Shown here piece after piece: positions 18,937-28,386 of a stretch of DNA of 64,000 nt. Below the pieces are notes generated by a model that ran no database searches, was not told where the DNA came from, and worked only from the letters and a program-made list of their open reading frames with translations. This DNA comes from Parcubacteria bacterium C7867-006 (GTDB lineage: Bacteria; Patescibacteriota; Minisyncoccia; Phycocordibacterales; DATDWN01), in assembly GCA_001189155.1 (NCBI GenBank), contig LFCP01000004.1:68782-132781 (forward strand). The letters run 5' to 3'. The first letter of the stretch is position 1. Every line of letters starts with the position of its first letter. A program made the position numbers and the translations under genes.

Positions 18937-19803
18937 TTATTTTAATACACCAATTTTAAATGATGCTAATTCTTTGGCTGGATTACCCTGACCTCCATGT
19001 TGAGCTGTGAATCCAGCTGTACCGTCTATTCCACACAAACCTATAATCGCAGATGCGCCACCAGGATGCTGTGATATCCATGAAGTTAGATTATAAACCC
19101 CACCACTTACGGCAGACCAACAATCAGAAGATTTATTGTGTAGTGCGACTTGAGCTAGGGTATATTTAGGAAGAGTTGTACTGGATGAATCAGAATTCGT
19201 TGTTCCAGCAGGAGTTGTTGTTACAGTAGTAGTATTAGAAACTCTTCTATCATCATCGTCGTCATCTTCAGATTCATTCTCGTCCTCATCGTCTGAATCC
19301 CTTCTAGAACTATCGCTACTTTTACTCACACTTGAACCCCCCTCTTTCTTAACAGAAGTAGTTGCAGTTTTATTGTCTTCACCATTATCATCACTATCAT
19401 CATCTTCCACTCCTAAAGTTCCAGCTATTTCAGAGTGATCTTTTATTTCTTTTTCTAACTTACCATTTATCTCATCTGCAGATTTTGAATCTCCTTTAGC
19501 TTTAATTTTTTGTACATTTTCATTTATTAAACTGACTTCTTTCAAAAAAGAGTCTTTTATTTCGATACTCTGCTCAGCTGACAACTTTCCTTTTTCTTTT
19601 AACTGCTCTGCTTCTACTAAGCGTCTAGCTGCTTGACGAACAGAAACTTCAGCATCACTTTTTGCTGTAAGAGCAATAGCAGACTCTATATTTTCATTTA
19701 TATGAATCTTTACTGAGTACAAAATATCTCCTGGAAGAGAATTCTCTGCAACTATTCCAGTTCCTCCTCCTAATAACAGTAGCAATATTAGTGCAATCGG
19801 CAT
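18937..19803 (-). CDS. secreted coiled-coil/acidic-linker protein with C-terminal cytochrome b5-like heme-binding domain
   Basis: signal/anchor MPIALILLLLLGGG; C-terminal YTLAQVALHNKSSDCWSAV...SQHPGG cyt-b5 signature; poly-D/E linker. Confidence 0.6.
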   Translation of the reverse strand: MPIALILLLLLGGGTGIVAENSLPGDILYSVKIHINENIESAIALTAKSDAEVSVRQAARRLVEAEQLKEKGKLSAEQSIEIKDSFLKEVSLINENVQKIKAKGDSKSADEINGKLEKEIKDHSEIAGTLGVEDDDSDDNGEDNKTATTSVKKEGGSSVSKSSDSSRRDSDDEDENESEDDDDDDRRVSNTTTVTTTPAGTTNSDSSSTTLPKYTLAQVALHNKSSDCWSAVSGGVYNLTSWISQHPGGASAIIGLCGIDGTAGFTAQHGGQGNPAKELASFKIGVLK

Positions 19804-19885
19804 GATTATTTAATTTAAAATTATAATAAAAAAATGCTTAACAGTAACTCAGACGATACAGTATATTTTATCTTACAGAACTAAA

Positions 19886-20802
19886 TTAAGCGATTATCAA
19901 AGGATCAACTATTATTGATTTATACACATACAAAAGACCGAAAATAACAGTGAGTAAACCGATTGCCAAAAATACCATTCTTAAATTATGAGCTCTAAAC
20001 TCTATAAATACAGTAAAAGCTAAACCGATAGTTACTAACAACGCTATTAGAGAATACAAAATACTCAATGATTTCTCTGGAGAAAATAGAGCTCTTTCAA
20101 AAAAGTTTGAGTATTTCACCTTTGGTGAAACTGTAGTAGCAAGACTATTCTTTTTTGCACTCACATACAGCTCATTTGTTCCATTCTCACCCAAAACTTC
20201 TGTTGAAACCGATTCAGACAACACCGCCGAAGATGCGGCTGAAACTATTGGTTTTTCTGTAACTTTTTTTGTTGTAGTTTTTGGAGCACTGACAATAGTC
20301 TCTGGTTCAGCTGGTCTTCCGAAAAGTTGAACCACAAAAGTAGTCATTTTCCCTTGGTACATTCCATCGGCAGTAGCAATACCAATTTCTGTAAAGTTTT
20401 CGTTCATTATGTTTGCCTTGTGACCAGGAGAGTTCATCCACGCAGTGTTTACATCTACAGAATCATTAAAATTCACCGCTAGGTTTTCACCAGCGTAAGC
20501 AAAATCGTAACCAACTTGCTTGAACCAATACCATGGAGTAAATGTCCATAATTTTTTGCATCTCTGTCCTGATTTGCGTAGTCCACCAAAACTTTTGGTA
20601 AAACAAGTGCAGTAAAATCAGTACCAACTAATATACGACCGGAAACAGCAACCAAAAATAAAGCGATGACTGTAAGGAAAATTGCAAAAACAGAAACTTC
20701 TCTGAAAATATGAGGTTTATAGTTATTTACTTTATGTGGAATAAAGTATTTTTTGAACCATTTAAACATAAATAAATTGTAACAGTTAAAATCAAAAAAC
20801 AC
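19886..20802 (-). pseudogene. CAP/SCP (YkwD-like) domain membrane protein disrupted by a homopolymer frameshift
   Basis: ORFs 20479..20802 and 19886..20476 are one gene; the CAP core ...GYDFAYAGENLAVNFNDSVDVNTAWMNSPGHKANIM continues in the +1 frame through a T6 run at 20552..20557 (A7 needed). Confidence 0.55.
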
Positions 20803-20875
20803 AAACTGAACATTGTAAAGGCAACAAAAAAGCCCTATATTTAGGGCTTTTTTGTTATTTTTGCTCTTTAGTTTG

Positions 20876-23779
20876 TTATTGAGCGTTTGGATTCATTGAC
20901 CAAGGAATCAATTCTGGAAGTTGAGCCATCAACTCTGGACACTCAAGGTTATTTATCTTTGTAACTGTTGATAGATAAACTAGACCTGTTGCGCTTGTTA
21001 GTCCCCAAGGCTTTAGAACATCATCAGAATATTTTGTTTGGAAGTTTTTAACTACTCCGTATGTCATTGGTCCGTAGAAACCTGTGATAGGCAAACTTGT
21101 TCCCATATTTTTGTTCAAGAATTCTTGAAGTTTCTTAACCTGACTAGCATTGTTCTTTGAACTACCTAGTCTAAAGTGTGTATTCAAGTAAAGTCCGCAA
21201 GACTCACCTAGAACTTCACCTGCTGTAGTAGAAGCTCCCAAAACCTGACCTCCACCTCCTAGTGAACCTACAATAGGACCATTACCTCCACCTCCTCCAC
21301 TTGGTGGTGTTACTGGTGTAGGTGCTGGAATAAATGCAGCACAATCTGGGTCAGCTAGATCAACTAGTCTATCACCATCATTGTCTATACCATCAGTACA
21401 CAATGGCTGTGTGTTTTCTACTGGTTGTGCTGTAACAATAACTGTTCGTGTTGTACTAGTTGAAGCATCTTCACTGTCCATAGCTGTATAAGTAAGTGTG
21501 TATGTTCCTGGAGTTGATGTAGAAACTGTTCCAGTCACAACTATAGAGGAAGTAATATCTCCATCCTCTGGGTCTGTTGATGATGCACCTGGGTCAACAA
21601 ATGTATCACCTACTAGCAAGTTGATTGGGTTGTTTCCAAAAAGAGTAATGCTTGGTAAGTCGTTAACTGGTTTTATGTCAATAGAAACTGTTGCTGTACT
21701 ACTGTTTGTTACACCGTCGTTAGCAACAAATGTGAATGAATCAGAACCATTTTCGTTTGCATTAGGAGTATATGTAAATGCTCCTGTGTTTAAGTCAAAT
21801 GATGTAAGTGTTCCTTTTGTTGGGTTTGATGTTGTAGCAAATGTAAGTGTTTGTGCTGGAAGATCTACGTCAGTTGCAGTCATAGCTGTAGATGTTGCTG
21901 TATCCTCATCTGTTGAAACAGACAAGTCGTTTGCAACTGGTGCTTCATTTACTTCGTTAACTGTAACTTTAAAAGTTTTTGAATCCTGTAGAGCTCCATC
22001 AGTAACAGATGCTGTGAAGTTATAAACTCCAGGACCTTGGTCCTCTGCTGGTGTCCAATCAAATATTCCTGTTACAGAATCTAGTGTTACTCCAGATGGA
22101 ACTGAACCAACTAGAGAGTAAACTAAAGTATCAAGTGGACTATCTAGGTCATTAGCAGAAATAGTGAAGTTTAGATTACTCAATTCATTTACAACATAAT
22201 CAGAAATTACATTCAATATAGGTGCATTATCATTTACGTTTATAGTAACTGTTGCTGAACTAGTTAAAGTTCCGTCAGAAACCTCGTATGTGAATGAGTC
22301 TAGTCCTTGATAGTCAGTTGCTGGTGTATATGTGAACGATCCATCTGGATTCATTATTACACTAGCCCCAACAACTATTGGTTGAGTTAGAATAGAAAAT
22401 GTAAGTGTGTTTGGTAGAAGAGGAACCAAATCAGAGTCTGTAGCAACTACAGTGTCATTTACTGCTGTATTTTGGTGAGTTGATACTGTAAGAGACTGAG
22501 CAACTGGTGCAACATTTACTTCATTTACAACAACTGTTACTGCTTTTGTATCTGTTCCTCCATTTCCATCAGAAACTAATACATTAAAGTTATATGTTGC
22601 TGGGCCCTGATTCTCTGCTGGTGTCCAAGTAAATACTCCTGTAGAAGAATCTATACCGGCTCCTGTTGGTTCACCAGAAAGTGAGTATGTCATTACATCT
22701 CCAGAATCTACATCAGTAGCAGAAGCTGTAAATGATAGATTTGTAAGTTCATCTAGAGCCACAGATGTTGTTGTGCTTATAGAAAGTACTGGGTTATCAT
22801 TTACGGAGTTAACTGTAATAGAAACTGTAGCAGTATTACTATCTACTGTTCCATCATAAACTTTGAAGTTAAATGAATCAGAACCGTTGAAGTCTGCATT
22901 TGGAGTATATGTGAATGCACCTGTAGTTGAGTTGAAAGATGTTATTGTTCCGTTTGCTGGGTTTGAAGTTGTTGCGTATGTAAGAGAGTCTCCATCTATA
23001 TCAGAAGCTGCAAGGTTTGAAGAAACATCTGTATCTTCATTTATAGATATAGCAGTACTTGATGCAACTGGTGCATCGTTCTCTGGAGTAACAGTGATTG
23101 TTGTTGTTGCAACATTACTGTATCCAAGTCCATCAGAAACCTTGAATGAGAATGCGTCTCCTCCGTTATAGTTTAATGACGGAGTATATGTAACTTGATT
23201 ACCTGAAACAGAACCTAGAGTTCCGTGTGTAGGACCGTTTACAATGAAATATGTAAGAGGTTGTGCTGGAGTATCAGAATCTGTAGCTGTCATAGTCACA
23301 ACCTTTGCTGTATCTTCAGGTGTTGTTACTGAACTACCAGTTGCAGCAGGAGCTGTATTTGGAGGACAAGTTGGAACTATTTGAGTAGCATCAATCTGAT
23401 TATCTTTACCATTTGGTTTTGAGTGGTATACCATTACAGAAACAGTAGTTGTTGGAGTTGATGAATAGTGATGTGGTCCAGCTGAAAAAGTAAAACTGTA
23501 TGGTGAAGTTGTATCTCCTCCTAGGTCTAATGGAATATTTGTCTCTATGTCTCCCGTATTCCAAACAACCTGAACGTGATACTGGTCTATTTGACTACCA
23601 TTTGCTGGAGTTACAGTACCACTACCAGTTACTGTTAAATCAGTACCTAAACATGGATTTCCTGACGTAACAACAGAATCAATCGAAGCAGTTGGTTGAT
23701 CAGCTAATGCAACACTTGGGATGAGTGTGTATGGCACCGCCAAAACCAGAGTCAGAACTAACGAAGTTATTTTTTTCAT
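20876..23779 (-). CDS. large secreted adhesin-like protein: tandem cadherin-like/VCBS domains (VNDAPV, VNEAPVA, VNDNPV), DNDGD calcium motif, C-terminal peptidoglycan-binding domain
   Basis: signal peptide, >6 internally repeated about 95-aa modules, PG_binding_1-like C-terminus (LQEFLNK...GFYGPMTYGVVKNFQ). Confidence 0.7.
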   Translation of the reverse strand: MKKITSLVLTLVLAVPYTLIPSVALADQPTASIDSVVTSGNPCLGTDLTVTGSGTVTPANGSQIDQYHVQVVWNTGDIETNIPLDLGGDTTSPYSFTFSAGPHHYSSTPTTTVSVMVYHSKPNGKDNQIDATQIVPTCPPNTAPAATGSSVTTPEDTAKVVTMTATDSDTPAQPLTYFIVNGPTHGTLGSVSGNQVTYTPSLNYNGGDAFSFKVSDGLGYSNVATTTITVTPENDAPVASSTAISINEDTDVSSNLAASDIDGDSLTYATTSNPANGTITSFNSTTGAFTYTPNADFNGSDSFNFKVYDGTVDSNTATVSITVNSVNDNPVLSISTTTSVALDELTNLSFTASATDVDSGDVMTYSLSGEPTGAGIDSSTGVFTWTPAENQGPATYNFNVLVSDGNGGTDTKAVTVVVNEVNVAPVAQSLTVSTHQNTAVNDTVVATDSDLVPLLPNTLTFSILTQPIVVGASVIMNPDGSFTYTPATDYQGLDSFTYEVSDGTLTSSATVTINVNDNAPILNVISDYVVNELSNLNFTISANDLDSPLDTLVYSLVGSVPSGVTLDSVTGIFDWTPAEDQGPGVYNFTASVTDGALQDSKTFKVTVNEVNEAPVANDLSVSTDEDTATSTAMTATDVDLPAQTLTFATTSNPTKGTLTSFDLNTGAFTYTPNANENGSDSFTFVANDGVTNSSTATVSIDIKPVNDLPSITLFGNNPINLLVGDTFVDPGASSTDPEDGDITSSIVVTGTVSTSTPGTYTLTYTAMDSEDASTSTTRTVIVTAQPVENTQPLCTDGIDNDGDRLVDLADPDCAAFIPAPTPVTPPSGGGGGNGPIVGSLGGGGQVLGASTTAGEVLGESCGLYLNTHFRLGSSKNNASQVKKLQEFLNKNMGTSLPITGFYGPMTYGVVKNFQTKYSDDVLKPWGLTSATGLVYLSTVTKINNLECPELMAQLPELIPWSMNPNAQ

Positions 23780-24126
23780 AATTTTTATAAATTTAATAAT
23801 TTTTATAACGCAAAAACCGGCCTAAAAAGACCGGTTATGCTATTAGCTCCCCACAGCCCAAGCGTCCAAATACAGACTGTGGTTCATCGCCTTCTTTAGT
23901 AACAACTAAACCCTAAATATCTAACTAAATCGTATTCTACACTAACTTAAAATATCGTCAATGGTTGAGCAAATTCACTAAATTTTATTAAAATTGATTA
24001 AAAAATTAAATTATTATTATAAAAATATCATTTTTTTTAATTTTTTTAAAAAATAATGAAAATTTAGAAATTATAAAACTTCACAACGATGTGAAGTTTT
24101 ATAAAACAAAAACTAGAAAACTTTTG

Positions 24127-25245
24127 TTAAATTTTTGCGTAAATATCAACAGTTAAATTCCCTGTATTGTTTGGATAGTAAACATCATAAACTTGGAAGG
24201 AAACTGGTGAACCTAAACCCGCAAACTCATATGAATATGAGTGTAATGAACTATATCCTCCCCAATTTACTGAACCTCCGTTTACTTTTAGATCAAGTAG
24301 TTGATCGGTGTATGACTCATATGTAGAGACTGCATCAGTCCAATCTACACTTGAACCAGTTCGGAAACTATAATCAGCATCAAATGCTATACCATCCCCA
24401 GCATTTGCTGTACCAGATGCCTTCAAAACATAGTTGTGTCCTACTAGAAAAGAGTTAGATGAAGAAACAGGACTTGCCCCATTTGCTGGAACTGTAACTG
24501 TCTCTAAATAATACATTCCATCTAAAACTCCATCCGCAAGGTCTTTATGGAAGTCCTCTAGAACACTTGAGCTCAAACCATACTTTAGATGACCGTTCAT
24601 AACACTACCAAAAGTACTGTTTAACATCTCAAGAATCTGATGCCCATTACATCCATATGTGTAATCAATAGTATTCACACTAGCTGTCGGAGTTTTAATT
24701 CCTTTTTTTACTTTATTTTGCCACCAAACCCCATCTTGAACCTGCCACCTATTTGCACCCCAAGACTCATCCCAAGAAATATCTGACCCAGTCAAAGGAC
24801 AAAAATCTTGTCCGTCAGTTACACCGTCATGATCAGTATCTTTAATGGCCTTGTGGCCATCCAAACTCCACTGCCATGGAACTGTCCCGCTGATTGTTCC
24901 ATCTGAATCAATAGTTCCAGTCATATCAAACGTTGAACCTTGAGCATATGGTCCATTATAGACAACATGGAAAGAAATATTGCTTCCATCCACGACCCCA
25001 GTAACAGTTTCTGTTGTCTGTCCTACTTGATCATATGGAGCTCCACCTGCTGGGTAACCAGCATGTCCAGAAAATGACCCATTAGCATCTTGAACATCAA
25101 TCACGAAATCATGAAAGTATGTTCCAAAAACATTCCAAACATATGTTCCTCTAACATCCCAATCTGTACCAACTGCATGAGTACTTATTGGAGCCATGAA
25201 CATAACCAAAGAAAGAATTGTTAAAACAGAAAATAGTTTTTTCAT
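24127..25245 (-). CDS. secreted protein with thrombospondin type-3-like calcium-binding repeat
   Basis: signal peptide; DTDHDGVTDGQD TSP3-like motif. Confidence 0.5.
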   Translation of the reverse strand: MKKLFSVLTILSLVMFMAPISTHAVGTDWDVRGTYVWNVFGTYFHDFVIDVQDANGSFSGHAGYPAGGAPYDQVGQTTETVTGVVDGSNISFHVVYNGPYAQGSTFDMTGTIDSDGTISGTVPWQWSLDGHKAIKDTDHDGVTDGQDFCPLTGSDISWDESWGANRWQVQDGVWWQNKVKKGIKTPTASVNTIDYTYGCNGHQILEMLNSTFGSVMNGHLKYGLSSSVLEDFHKDLADGVLDGMYYLETVTVPANGASPVSSSNSFLVGHNYVLKASGTANAGDGIAFDADYSFRTGSSVDWTDAVSTYESYTDQLLDLKVNGGSVNWGGYSSLHSYSYEFAGLGSPVSFQVYDVYYPNNTGNLTVDIYAKI

Positions 25246-25419
25246 AATAATTATTAGTTAATTAATAATATTTGTACTAATAATATCGACCTTTATTCCG
25301 AGTAAATTATACTCCTCAAATTCAAAAAGAGTTAATTAATCCAACAAAACAGTGCATAACTTTTCACACAACAAAAAACCTCTATTTCTAGAGGTCTTTT
25401 GTTTATCACTCACTCTGTA

Positions 25420-26751
25420 TTACAGGCCAGCTGTAGTTAAGAATGAACTTTCAGTAGATGATGCTGTGTTGTTAGCTGCATCAGATGAAACTACTACATA
25501 GTAATATGTTGTAGAAGTTGCAAGTCCTGAAAGAGATAAAGTGTGACTTGTAACTAAAGATGAGTTATTTACCATTTGAGTATTAGCAGAAGTTAAGCTT
25601 AATGGTGTTGATGTTCCAAACCAAACTTTACTTGTTGCTGCCTCGTTTGTTGTCCAAACAATGTTTGTTGTTGTACCAAATAGATTTGATGTTCCTACTG
25701 ATGTTATAACAGGTGCTGTTGTATCTGGCGCAGCTGTCACAACTACAGAAGCTCCGGCATCAGTACATTTTGTACTAACTGACTTGTTTTTACTATCACC
25801 ACTATATGTTGCAATAAATCTGTAAGTTCCTGTTGATGTGGCAGTAAAGTTTCCTGATACATAATTACCATTACCATTTACTGTTGCACTAGCAGGTGCT
25901 GGAGTCAGAGGCATAGTACATGATGAATCATAAGGAGCGTAAACCTGGAATGATATTGTTCCTGTTGGAGCATTACCAAATGATAGTGTGGCTGTATCTT
26001 TTATTGTTCCCCCGACAACAACAGAATCTGACGCTGTGTTTGATATAACTGGTGTTGTTGATGAGTTTCCATTGTTATTCCAACCATCATTATCTCTTTT
26101 ATCATCTATTCCCTTTGGAAGAGTCTGACATTCTGGAACAATAGGTCTCTCACCATTATTTTTCTTTAACCACCCTGGTGCAATCAAATGTCCTGGAGGA
26201 ACTTTTACACAAAGTTTTTTCTCACCTCTCTCTTTTTCATCACCATTTCTTCTAAAATCTGTAGTAACTGATGTACTAGTTGAACTACTACTTTCATTTG
26301 ATAATCCTAGTTCATTCATATGCTCACTCAATTTTTTCAGAGTTTTTGGGCCCACAAAACCAACTGTCTCAAGACCAAACTTTTTCTGATATTTTTTCAG
26401 AGCCTGATTAGTAAGAGGTCCAAAATATCCAGTTATACCACCTGAATATATAGTTGGATCTGCTGCTAGGATGGCCTGTAGGGCTTTAACATCATCTCCA
26501 CTCATACCCTGTCTTAGATTTCTCATCGCAACCAAAGTTGTTGAGATATTTGCTGATGTAGAAGCAACCTGTGTCTGAGCAGCTCTAAGAGCTTGAATCT
26601 GTGCCTGTAATGTTTGAATTTGCTGTAACATACTAGCTACTGCAGCACTTTGTGTACTAGTAGTAGAAGTATCCGCAAAACCGACTGCCGGCATAACCAT
26701 AGCACTTGCCATAGCCAATCCAGCTATTCCTAAAAGTAATTTTTGTTTCAT
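25420..26751 (-). CDS. secreted protein: coiled coil, peptidoglycan-binding domain, C-terminal FN3/Ig-like domain
   Basis: signal peptide; PG_binding_1 (DDVKALQAILAADP...GYFGPLTNQALKKYQ); FN3-like C-terminus. Confidence 0.6.
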   Translation of the reverse strand: MKQKLLLGIAGLAMASAMVMPAVGFADTSTTSTQSAAVASMLQQIQTLQAQIQALRAAQTQVASTSANISTTLVAMRNLRQGMSGDDVKALQAILAADPTIYSGGITGYFGPLTNQALKKYQKKFGLETVGFVGPKTLKKLSEHMNELGLSNESSSSTSTSVTTDFRRNGDEKERGEKKLCVKVPPGHLIAPGWLKKNNGERPIVPECQTLPKGIDDKRDNDGWNNNGNSSTTPVISNTASDSVVVGGTIKDTATLSFGNAPTGTISFQVYAPYDSSCTMPLTPAPASATVNGNGNYVSGNFTATSTGTYRFIATYSGDSKNKSVSTKCTDAGASVVVTAAPDTTAPVITSVGTSNLFGTTTNIVWTTNEAATSKVWFGTSTPLSLTSANTQMVNNSSLVTSHTLSLSGLATSTTYYYVVVSSDAANNTASSTESSFLTTAGL

Positions 26752-26864
26752 AATTAATTAAATTCTATTTAATACCTAATTAAATAATAAAAACTGTCTC
26801 GCACGGTACTGTAGACGATTATACCATCTATTCATTACAAAGTTTTACATCTTATTAACAGTAT

Positions 26865-26902
26865 AAAAAACAACCTCGCGGACTCCCGAAGGAGCCGCGA
26901 GG
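26865..26902 (-). terminator. GC hairpin CCTCGCGGCTCC-ttcg-GGAGTCCGCGAGG plus T6 (on minus strand)
   Basis: 12-bp stem with one bulge, 4-nt loop, T-run. Confidence 0.55.
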
Positions 26903-26919
26903 CGTTGAGACGAGTGAAA

Positions 26920-27516
26920 CTAGAACACGTCGCCCGAGGTCCCCTCCGAAGAGTTGACCCAATTGTCGCTGATACCGTGGTACACCCACCCCCAGAATTC
27001 GTATGAGTAGGTGTTGACCGTGAAGTACGTAGTGAGCCAGGAAGCGTAACCGGGACAGTTGCCATTGATGTCGCAGGCGTAGTCCACGATGCCGATGTTA
27101 CCCTTGGTCTTCCAGGCCGGCGCCGGGTTGAGAACTCCGTCGATGATGAGCACGTACCCGCCCTCGAACGTTCCGTCTTCCTCACCGGTAAGGGGTCCGT
27201 TGTTGCCGGGGCTGGTCTGCCCAGCCTGGGCGTCGAACTGGCCGGAGTTCCGAACCACCGCGCAGTACTTGCCGTCGGGCTGAGCCCACACCTGGATCGT
27301 ACGGTTGAGATCGTCGAAGGCCCAGTTGTTGCCGGCGAGACCGGAATCCACGTCATGGATGACCTTACCCGTAACGTTGATGACCGGGGGGCCAACACGC
27401 TGGCAGGTGCCAGCGTTGACCTGGGTACCCCAGTTGAGGTTCTCGCGAGGATCAGCATTCGCATGGGAGACGACCCCCAGGACACTGGCCAGGACAGCGC
27501 ACCAAATAAACTTCAT
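26920..27516 (-). CDS. GC-rich secreted Trp/Gly/Asn-rich protein of unknown function (198 aa)
   Basis: about 58% GC; signal peptide MKFIWCAVLASVLGVVSHANA; AAGGAG SD; own terminator; overlapping alternative-frame ORF 26835..27485 is Arg/Pro-rich junk. Confidence 0.5.
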   Translation of the reverse strand: MKFIWCAVLASVLGVVSHANADPRENLNWGTQVNAGTCQRVGPPVINVTGKVIHDVDSGLAGNNWAFDDLNRTIQVWAQPDGKYCAVVRNSGQFDAQAGQTSPGNNGPLTGEEDGTFEGGYVLIIDGVLNPAPAWKTKGNIGIVDYACDINGNCPGYASWLTTYFTVNTYSYEFWGWVYHGISDNWVNSSEGTSGDVF

Positions 27517-27656
27517 TCTTCAAGCTCCTTGGAACAAAAGCGACTGGATGCCGCTTACCAAGGGTAAACTTAACAAAACTAGACACTAAAGTCAATATTT
27601 AGTCAACAAAAAATCCCCTTTCGGAGTTTTTTGTGTTCAATCTATTTTTTTTATAA

Positions 27657-28316
27657 TTATTTAACAAAAATGTGAACAACCCACCCAAACAAACTTAGTT
27701 TATTTTCATTTGCCTCAACAAAGGCCTGAGTGCTACTTGAAATACCTTCAAGGGCTTTTATCTGCGCTTGTAAATCTGCCTTTACACTTACACTAGCTGT
27801 TTTCTGTTCTGCTTTCTTTAGTCTTTCTATATGGTTCTGTGTTGTTACAATAGTACTTCGCAACTCTCCTATATTTCTATAATTAGGACCCAAAAGGAAA
27901 ACTTTTAATTTACTCTCTGAGTTCAGCTCATCAATATCTGTTTTTACTTTAGCGCTTGTTGATGCTTGCTCTTGTGCTACAAGTCTAACTTCTGCACCTA
28001 TTCCTCCATCTCTGTTGGCTACCATAAGAAGGTTTTTGACAACAGTAGAAACAGCACTTCTGTGCTCATCTCCTAAATTTTCATTATCTTCTCTTTTATC
28101 TGATGATGTTGCAGATGAATTATCATCTCCATCATCATTTCTCTCACCGCTCTCCATTTTCACTGTTCCAGTTGCACTAGCAGAAGTTTTTGATCCAACC
28201 TCAACTTCTGCTTTAGTATTAACACCAACGCTTAAAGCTGAAACTTTAACTCCAAAAACCAATAAAAACACTGATAATGCTGATAATAAATAAAATCTTT
28301 TTGTATTATTTTTCAT
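27657..28316 (-). CDS. secreted/anchored coiled-coil protein
   Basis: N-terminal signal anchor, helical repeats, acidic patch. Confidence 0.4.
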   Translation of the reverse strand: MKNNTKRFYLLSALSVFLLVFGVKVSALSVGVNTKAEVEVGSKTSASATGTVKMESGERNDDGDDNSSATSSDKREDNENLGDEHRSAVSTVVKNLLMVANRDGGIGAEVRLVAQEQASTSAKVKTDIDELNSESKLKVFLLGPNYRNIGELRSTIVTTQNHIERLKKAEQKTASVSVKADLQAQIKALEGISSSTQAFVEANENKLSLFGWVVHIFVK

Positions 28317-28386
28317 ACTCTAATTAAGACGAATAATGATAAATATTCTTTCAATATCAATTATACAATAATATTAACAAAATGCT

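Noticed and set aside
21498-23171. Plus-strand ORFs 21498..22025 and 22863..23171 inside the adhesin gene
   Set aside because: Antisense of repetitive Val/Thr/Asp-rich coding sequence gives long open frames by chance; no start signals.
26835-27589. ORF 26835..27485 (216 aa) and plus ORFs 27089..27589 overlapping the GC-rich secreted-protein gene
   Set aside because: Arg/Pro/Ser/Thr-rich junk characteristic of wrong frame in high-GC sequence; 26920..27516 has the signal peptide, SD and terminator.
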